Assembly: GCF_006345805.1 (NCBI RefSeq)
Contig: NW_021826283.1
Location: 1-14,155 of the forward strand
Origin: Octopus sinensis
Lineage: Eukaryota
DNA length: 14,155 nt
Reading direction: 5' to 3'
Shown here piece after piece: positions 8,060-14,155 of this stretch. The notes under the pieces were generated by a model. That model saw only the letters and a program-made list of their open reading frames with translations. It made no database searches and was not told the origin of the DNA. Each line of letters begins with the position of its first letter. The first letter of the stretch is position 1. The translations under genes and the position numbers were made by a program.

Positions 8060-8568
8060 CATATTTTCATAGTCCTCAAAACGATACTCATCTGAGTGGT
8101 CTTGCCTTGCAAGTACTCAGTGACTTCAACAATGCTAGTGTTACAGAAAAGTACCCAGTAAACTGTGTGAAATTATCGTTGTTATGAAGGGCATCCAGTT
8201 GTAAAAAGCAGGCTTTGGAGCTCGACGCAGCCGAAGGTGTTACGCAGTGGAACTGAACCCGGAAGCATGTGGTTGGAAAGCAAGCATCTTACCACGCAGT
8301 CACACCTACTTGCTGTTTTAAATTAGATAGCTGATTGACTGTTTTATCAAAGAAATATTAATACATATATATATATTCAAAATGTGACCGCGTGTGACTG
8401 CGTCGAGCTCCAAAGCCTGCTTTTTACAACTGGATGCCCTTCATAACAACGATAATTTCACACAGTTTACTGGGTACTTTTCTGTAACACTAGCATTGTT
8501 GAAGTCACTGAGTACTTGCAAGGCAAGACCACTCAGATGAGTATCGTTTTGAGGACTATGAAAATATG
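8060..8568. repeat. Perfect 171-bp inverted repeat (8060-8230 / 8398-8568), 167-bp spacer
   Basis: Checked base by base: no mismatch over 171 bp. Confidence 0.97.
8231..8307 (-). mobile_element. Old family-A SINE head fragment
   Basis: cgcagtggaactgaacccggaagcatgtggttgg..cttaccacgcagtcac matches the reverse complement of the family-A head. Confidence 0.7.
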
Positions 8569-8687
8569 GCTTTGGTCTGCCTGAGACTATAGTAGAAGAC
8601 ATCTGCCCAAGGTACTACGCAGTGGGACGGAACCCGAACCATGTGGTTGGTAAGCAAGTTAGTTACCACACAGTCACTCCTACGCCT
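8569..8687 (-). mobile_element. Family-A SINE head, truncated by the inverted duplication
   Basis: gctttggtc..ctatagtagaagaca..gcccaagg..ccatgtggttggtaagcaag..ctcctacgcct. Confidence 0.8.
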
Positions 8688-8719
8688 ATGTGTATGTATA
8701 TTTGTGTATGTGTGTATCT

Positions 8720-8928
8720 TTGTGTTTGCAAGTGTCTGCCACAAACACTTGACAATCTGTGTTGGTTAGTTAACGTCCTTGTAACTTAGCGATTCAGCAT
8801 AAGAAACCGACAAACTAAACGCTAGGCTGTTTTAAAAAAAAGGATAGCGGTCGATTTTTCCGGCCTAAACCCTTCAAGTTGGTGTTCCAAAATGGCGGCT
8901 ATGCAATGACCGAAACAGGTAAAAGGCA
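8720..8928 (+). mobile_element. Old family-A SINE 3' part
   Basis: cttgacaa..gtaacttagcg..ggtcgattt..aaatggc..atgaccgaaacaggtaaaag; heavily diverged. Confidence 0.6.
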
Positions 8929-8973
8929 AATGATATAAGACAATAATTATTTTGTGAAAACGTTAATGCTTAC

Positions 8974-9138
8974 CAAAAATTATGTTAGCTTTCCAGGTCG
9001 GCCATCGCAATGCATGCTCAAAGTATTTCGGCAAAAATGCAATGCCACCAGATGAGTTAAATGCATTAATTCCAGTTTCCAGTGAAATGATAATGAGCAT
9101 TGGGTTCTGAAAGAAGCGTCCGAATGTTAACAATAGGT
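8974..9138 (-). CDS. SLCO: SLCO/OATP transporter coding exon (TM7 region), phase 1-1, 165 bp
   Basis: Manual translation: (D)LLLTFGRFFQNPMLIIISLETGINAFNSSGGIAFLPKYFEHALRWPTWKANIIF(G). The NP...FLPKY-E...A motif pattern is typical of OATPs. Strong donor G|GTAAGC at 8974/8973; its phase 1 matches the next exon. The acceptor AAG at 9139-9141 has a weak pyrimidine tract but a CTAAC branch-like site upstream. An alternative acceptor TTTCAG| would start the exon at 9106. Subfamily not assignable. Confidence 0.85.
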
Positions 9139-9211
9139 CTTCATTCGGATTGATTAAAAACGTTAGAATTAGAATGCATACAATCTATCCTGTCACTTAA
9201 TGGTATTTTTG

Positions 9212-9316
9212 ATATATATATATGTATATATATGTATATATATACATACAATATATATACATATATATTATAATATATATATATATATAATATTATATAT
9301 ATATGTATGTAATATA

Positions 9317-9366
<50 letters not shown>

Positions 9367-9393
9367 GTATATATATATATAAATATGTATATA

Positions 9394-9469
<76 letters not shown>

Positions 9470-9474
9470 ATATA

Positions 9475-9520
<46 letters not shown>

Positions 9521-9528
9521 TATATATA
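9212..9528. repeat. ~315-bp (TA)n microsatellite
   Basis: Direct reading. Confidence 0.97.
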
Positions 9529-9554
9529 CAATTATCGTTTGTCCTATCGTATTG

Positions 9555-9659
9555 TATTGGCATCCTTTCTGTCTCGGGAGACAATGGAGTTGCGCATGAA
9601 GTAGTCTAGTCCGGCTTTTATATTTCATGTCCTGATACATTTCCTGCTGTGGCTGTGTA
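9555..9659 (-). mobile_element. 5'-truncated LINE 3' end, probably RTE clade, with 14-bp TSD
   Basis: GTCCTATCGTATTG at 9541-9554 and 9660-9673. The minus strand reads ...aaaagccggactagactac (KSRTRL, cf. the RTE C-terminal SRIGL motif) ...ctccattgtctcccgagacagaaaggatgccaata, resembling RTE 3' ends. The clade call is from recollection of RTE termini. Confidence 0.55.
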
Positions 9660-9714
9660 GTCCTATCGTATTGAATTAATATATACAAAATGATATACAA
9701 TTATATATATAAAT

Positions 9715-9807
9715 AATTGGAGCGTGGAACGTGTTTATAAGCCATTTAAGAAACACACAAAAACTGTGTTTCTTAAATGGCTTATAAACACCTTCCTCGC
9801 TGCAATT
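9715..9807. repeat. Hairpin: 43-bp arms (inner 27 bp perfect), 7-nt loop
   Basis: 9731-9757 is the exact reverse complement of 9765-9791. The outer 16 bp have 3 mismatches. Confidence 0.95.
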
Positions 9808-9943
9808 GTTTTCCTTCCAGCACACCGTATCAGATCAAGTCACTTGCTATGCAAGTACATCTCCATAATATATATATGTATGTATATGTATGTATGTATG
9901 TATATATACATATATATATGTGTGCATTGGGGTCATCATTACC

Positions 9944-9948
<5 letters not shown>

Positions 9949-9991
<43 letters not shown>

Positions 9992-10008
9992 TATATATAT
10001 ACCATCTG

Positions 10009-10044
<36 letters not shown>

Positions 10045-10068
10045 CATTATTGTTGTTGTTGTTATTAT
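9949..10068. repeat. (ATT)n/(GTT)n microsatellites
   Basis: Direct reading; interrupted at 9991-10011. Confidence 0.9.
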
Positions 10069-10080
10069 TACCTCCCTTTC

Positions 10081-10281
10081 TTTCATTCAACCTCTTTTTT
10101 CCAGTCACCTCGCCATGTTGGACCGTTGAACCCCACATTTCTTTTCTCTCTCCGTTTTTTTTTCCCATTCTCTCTCCATTTTTTCCTCTTATAATCCTTT
10201 CTGTCGAAGAGTGTACGTAAAAGACTTTTCCATTCTTCACGAGCGTTAAACTAATACACCTGCTTGTTGTTCATAAACCTG
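10081..10281 (+). mobile_element. Penelope-like cassette with internally deleted hammerhead-like motif
   Basis: CTTT-CTGTCGA-A-GAGTGTA-[9 nt missing relative to 11261-11269]-CGTA-AAAG; homologous to the minus-strand copy at 11232-11290. Confidence 0.55.
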
Positions 10282-10316
10282 AACTATAAATTTGAACTAT
10301 ATATGTGTGTGTGTGT

Positions 10317-10434
10317 AGAAGAAGAAGAAGAAGAAGAAGAAGAAGAAGAAGAAAAAAAGAAGAAGAAGAAGAAGAAGAAGAAGAAGAAGAAGAAGAAGAA
10401 GAGAAGAAGAAAAGAAGAGAAGAAGAAGAAGAAA
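10317..10434. repeat. (GAA)n polypurine tract
   Basis: Direct reading; ~118 bp, all purines. Confidence 0.97.
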
Positions 10435-10460
10435 CTGGAGATAAGTAAGTCAATACTTGG

Positions 10461-10755
10461 TTATTATTAACAATTGGTTATCTTAGCTTCTTACAGTCGT
10501 TTCAATTAATACTCAATAATTTAATTACAGATTTGCACATTAAATTTACATTTATGTAACATGGGTATAATTTCATCAGAGGATAATGTGGGCTAGGCTA
10601 AAGCCCAAATATCACAAAGTTACATGATTTTTCCTCTGATGAAATTATACTCATCTCACATAAATGTAAATTAAATATGCAAATTTTAATTAAATTATTT
10701 GAGTATTCATTAAAACGGCTGTAAGAAGCGAAGATGACCAATTTGTTAATAATAA
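10461..10755. repeat. Long imperfect inverted repeat (arms 10461-10583 / 10632-10755), each arm a hammerhead-like module
   Basis: The arms align as reverse complements with scattered mismatches. Each arm reads CTGATGA...(G/A)AAAC-NNNN-GTA outward from the centre. Confidence 0.85.
10487..10584 (-). ncRNA. Type I hammerhead-like motif with long AT-rich stem II, intact core
   Basis: Minus strand: tcct-CTGATGA(10579-10573)-69 nt with AATT-ATACCC/GAGTAT-T-AATT pairing-GAAAC(10503-10499)-GACT-GTA-agaag. Confidence 0.55.
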
Positions 10756-10921
10756 ACAGAAATTCCTTATCTTCATTTTGTTATCTCCTCTTAAATGGAT
10801 ATAAACTATATATATATACCATCTGTTTTAAGGGAATTTCATTCCCCAAAACACTAGGTATTGAACCAGTATCTTCTTGGATGTAATCATCCTTTCACTA
10901 GGTTAACAACATATCCTCAAT

Positions 10922-11040
<119 letters not shown>

Positions 11041-11169
11041 TTTGTCCAGCTCACATTGCAGGCGTTTAGTGTCCTCAGGGTTCTGTATTGCCTGTGAAAC
11101 TTTTGTATCATCTGCATAACTTGTGATCGTGACTCTCTGCGTGGCTGAGGGCATGTCTGAGAGGGCCAT
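11041..11169 (-). pseudogene. Isolated non-LTR reverse transcriptase fragment (YADD), CR1/L2-like
   Basis: MALSDMPSATQRVTITSYADDTKVSQAIQNPEDTKRLQCELDK; YADD codons at 11107-11118; (TA)n on both sides. Confidence 0.85.
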
Positions 11170-11190
11170 ATATATATATATATATATATA

Positions 11191-11460
11191 GTTGAAATTT
11201 ACAGAAAAAAACAAAAAACAAAAGACATAGACGCACGGGAAGGTGAGAAAGTCTTTTACGTTTCGAGCTTACGCTCTTCAACAGAGAGGAACACGAAGAA
11301 ATAAACAGAGAGAGAATAAAAAAAAACAATCATTGCGACAGGGGAGAGAACACGAAAAAGAAAGGAAAAGGAAAAACAGAGAGAGGCAAAATAACAACCT
11401 ACGGAGTAAGAAAAAAAAAACAGTAAGAAAAACAGAAAGTTCAAAATGTTCAAAAGGGTT
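11191..11460 (-). mobile_element. Penelope-like cassette with variant hammerhead-like motif (11252-11288)
   Basis: Minus strand: pyrimidine-rich leader, then CTCT-CTGTTGA-A-GAGC-GTAA-GCTC-GAAAC-GT-A-AAAG, with a perfect 4-bp stem II. Confidence 0.6.
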
Positions 11461-11763
11461 CAAAAGTCATGGTGTATTGGAGTGAATTTTCATCAATGGA
11501 AGCATCCAATGAAATCCATATGTATATCCAATAGTAATCCGTGAGGAATGCTGGTATGTAGATGAGGAGAGGTGCCGAAAGTTCAGGTAGTAGTAAGTCT
11601 GAAGTGTGTGAGGATAAAACTGGTGTGATCACACACACTCACACACACACATACATACACACACACACTGTGGAGAGACTTTTTGAACACTGTGTATATA
11701 TATATATATATATATATAATTCACTGTGGAGAGACTTTTTGAACACTGTGTATATATATATAT

Positions 11764-13963
11764 AAACTTAGATAAACTTAGATGTGTTTCGACCAATGAT
11801 TGGTCCAGGCCATGTCTAACTTAATAGCACCACCTGATAGGATTATTTGAATCCTGTTTAAGTCAAGTTTTGCTTATGGTCCATTCAAGTAGTGAGTTTT
11901 TCTTGGGTGAGTTGTATCCAATTATGGGTGGCTTATCTGGTATTCTTTGAAGGAAGACTCTGTTTAAAGTTAATGGGATCCTGTTCCTCTTTGATCTCTT
12001 TCGGGACAATGTTAAATAGGGCAGGGCCTGTTGAGGAAAAGAAATTATGTTGTAGTGTATAAGTATGCTGTGATCTTGAATTGGGCAGGAGACGTATGGC
12101 CCGTGGTCCCAGTCTTGGATGAACCTTGAAGCTTATGTTCAGGTCGTTTGGGCAAAGTTGGCGGTATATTCTCCACATCGTACAAATGATGTACCGCTCA
12201 CGGCGACGCTGGAGAGAGTAGAATTTCAAGGCTTTAAAGCGATCCCAATAATCGAGAGCAGCCATGCCTTCAATTCGTTTAGTGAGTGCTCTCTAGGGTG
12301 ATTCAATCCTCGAGATGTTTTGTCTTGTATGGGGGGACCACAGTGGGCAGAAGTATTCGAGGTGTGGCCGTACAAAGGAGGAGAAAAGTGGTATGATGAC
12401 ACCTTGTTCTCTGGACCGGAAAGTTCTTAAGATCCAGGAACTCATCCTACGAGCTATATCGACCTTATTGTTGATGTGTGCACTGCAACTGAGATCGTCA
12501 TCAACAATTACACCTAGGTCTCTGATGTTGTTAGAGGCTGTGAGCGGTTCCCCTGAAGGAAGAGAGTATGGCTGTTTTAGTGAGGAATTTCTTCCAAATG
12601 CATCAGCTCAAATTTTCCCTCGTTCAGTTGCATTTTGTTTCTGTCTGCCCATTGACTCACAGCATATAGATCAGACTGGAGTTGAGTTCGGTCTGCTTCT
12701 TCATTGACGATTTGCTGGAGCTTGGTGTCATCAGCAAATATTTTCACTTTGCAGTAATGTACGACACTGGAAAGGTCGTTTATGTAGATTATGAAGAGTA
12801 GCGGACCCAAGACAGTCCCCTGGGGGACACCGCTGGTGACTTTTGCTGGGCTTGAGTGGACTCCATCAACTACAGCATGTTGTGTTCTATTCGCCAGGAA
12901 ATACTTGATCCAGTGTAGAACTTTTCCACGGATTCCAACATTTGCCAATTTTGAGAGTAGGATATTATGGTCTACCCTGTCGAACGCTTTACTGAAGTCA
13001 AGATATATGACATCAGAGTTCGAACCTGTTCCCAAGGCTTTGAGTACATCTTCAATGTGGTGTAAGAGCTGTGTTAGACAGTCCCTGCCACAGCGAAAGC
13101 CATGCTGATTTGCATTTAGGAGTTTGTGGGTCTCCAGGAAGTCAGCCATCCTTGATCTTAACACTCTTTCAAACACTTTGATGATGTGGGAGGTGAGTGA
13201 GATTGGGCGATAGTTGTGTGCGAGGGATCTGTTTCCCTGTTTGAAAACCGGGATGACTGACTGGGATAGAAACTGTTTTGGTATATAACCTGCATCTAAC
13301 GAATTTCTCCAGAGGTTGGTCAGAAGGACTGCAAGTTGGTGTCTACATTCCTTCAGGAGACTAGCGGGGAATCTATCAGGGCCTACAGCAGAGTAGTATT
13401 TGACCTCATTTATTGCTGCTACGATGTCAGTGGGAGTGAAGGTTATGTCTGAGATTTTATGTTGGGAATCAACTTCGTTCGCTTCTCTTACGTCAATATC
13501 AGTGGGAACACTAAAGACAGAGCAGTATTGTTTCTGCAGTATTTCTGCCATTTCTTTAGCATCGTGTTGGGGAATGCCGTTAGCATCAATCAATGGCCCA
13601 ATGGGTGAGACAGTGGTTCTATGCTTATTTGCATAGGAATAGAAAACTTTTGGGTTCTGTTTGATGTTTTTGATTACCCACTGTTCCTCCGCAGCTCTTT
13701 GATTTTCAATGGAGGTTTTCATGTCGTTCTGCAGATGAAGTTTTTCCAGCTCTAGCCTTTTCATTGTTGTTGAACGTGGATGTTGTTTGTGGAGATATTT
13801 TAATTGGTTGATTTTTTTTTTGTTAAGTCTTTTGATGCGCCTGATGAGAGTTTTCTTCTTTTTAGGGAGCTGATTTCTGTTTATGTTAGTAGATTTCGTG
13901 GGAGCGTGTTTAGAGCATGTATATGTGACAATGTTTTCAAAGTGCTGCCATGCGGTCTCAAAA
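11764..13963 (-). mobile_element. 5'-truncated CR1-clade LINE, ~2.2 kb
   Basis: RT-containing ORF2 remnant, 3' UTR with the hairpin GACCAA-TCA-TTGGTC (11791-11805) and an (ATCTAAGTTT)2 tail at 11764-11783. No endonuclease domain present. (TA)n on both sides. Confidence 0.9.
11863..13963 (-). pseudogene. Disrupted ORF2 (reverse transcriptase) of the CR1-clade LINE
   Basis: Motifs NPKVFY, GPD, YRPISLTS, QHGFR, YLDFSKAFD, GVPQG, FADD, DLGV, VRPHLEY, LYSLQRRR-like and IPDKP..GYNS..NSLLEW. Lesions: frameshift near 12597 (MHL vs MHFG), in-frame TAG at 12293-12295, frameshift near 11953, and indels upstream of 13764. Confidence 0.92.
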
Positions 13964-14063
13964 TATATATATAAAATTCTCTGTGAAGAGACTTTTTGAA
14001 ACTGTGTTTATATATATATATATATAACATTCACTGTGGTGAGACTTGTTGAACACTGTGTGT

Positions 14064-14067
14064 TATA

Positions 14068-14133
<66 letters not shown>

Positions 14134-14150
14134 TACATTTATATATGTAC
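14064..14150. repeat. (TA)n microsatellite
   Basis: Direct reading. Confidence 0.95.
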
Positions 14151-14155
14151 TTAAA

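Larger units (their letters stand above)
11666..14060 (+). repeat. Four-unit minisatellite CACTGTGGAGAGACTTTTTGAACACTGTG-(TA)n-ATT interrupted by the CR1
   Basis: Cores at 11666-11694, 11722-11750, 13979-14006 and 14032-14060. Confidence 0.85.

Noticed and set aside
11450-11638. Hydrophobic minus-strand ORF as a possible upstream SLCO exon; TTGATGAAAA as a possible hammerhead
   Set aside because: There is no OATP motif (such as WxGAWW), no good splice sites and no GAAAC partner.
11666-11750. CACTGTG pairs, the reverse complement of the RAG/Transib heptamer CACAGTG
   Set aside because: There is no nonamer at 12 or 23 nt spacing, the heptamers are direct rather than inverted, and there is no transposase.
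11786-11812. Hairpin followed by GAAAC in the CR1 3' UTR, resembling a hammerhead half
   Set aside because: There is no CUGANGA upstream of the stem; it is better explained as the LINE 3' recognition stem-loop.
13948-13962. TGAGACCGCATG (minus strand) resembling the cassette leader TGTGACCGCATG
   Set aside because: It lies in frame in ORF2 (FETAW), so it is probably coincidental.
11666-14060. 29-bp repeats with spacers, superficially CRISPR-like
   Set aside because: The spacers are (TA)n, the context is eukaryotic, and there are no cas genes.

Overview
Eukaryotic, AT-rich, repeat-saturated genomic DNA. The SINE families and microsatellite load suggest an octopod cephalopod; this is an inference and no database was searched. 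The window lies inside a minus-strand SLCO/OATP organic-anion transporter gene. Three coding exons, mostly missed by the ORF track, are 8974-9138 (FLPKYFE, TM7 region), 5429-5621 (TM8-TM9) and 1838-2011 (Kazal-like loop). The introns contain many tRNA-derived SINEs of at least four families, a 5'-truncated 2.2-kb CR1-clade LINE, a short RTE-like 3' fragment with a 14-bp TSD, an isolated YADD RT fragment and large microsatellites. The most unusual signals are four. (1) Several microsatellite-bracketed cassettes carry minimal type I hammerhead-ribozyme-like motifs (Penelope-like), including an inverted pair and a family with a non-canonical CUGUNGA core. (2) A perfect 171-bp local inverted duplication is joined to the leader of one of those cassettes. 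(3) A ~900-bp tandem duplication has a chimeric central SINE with a mappable crossover. (4) The 3' end architecture is shared between the main SINE and the CR1 LINE.
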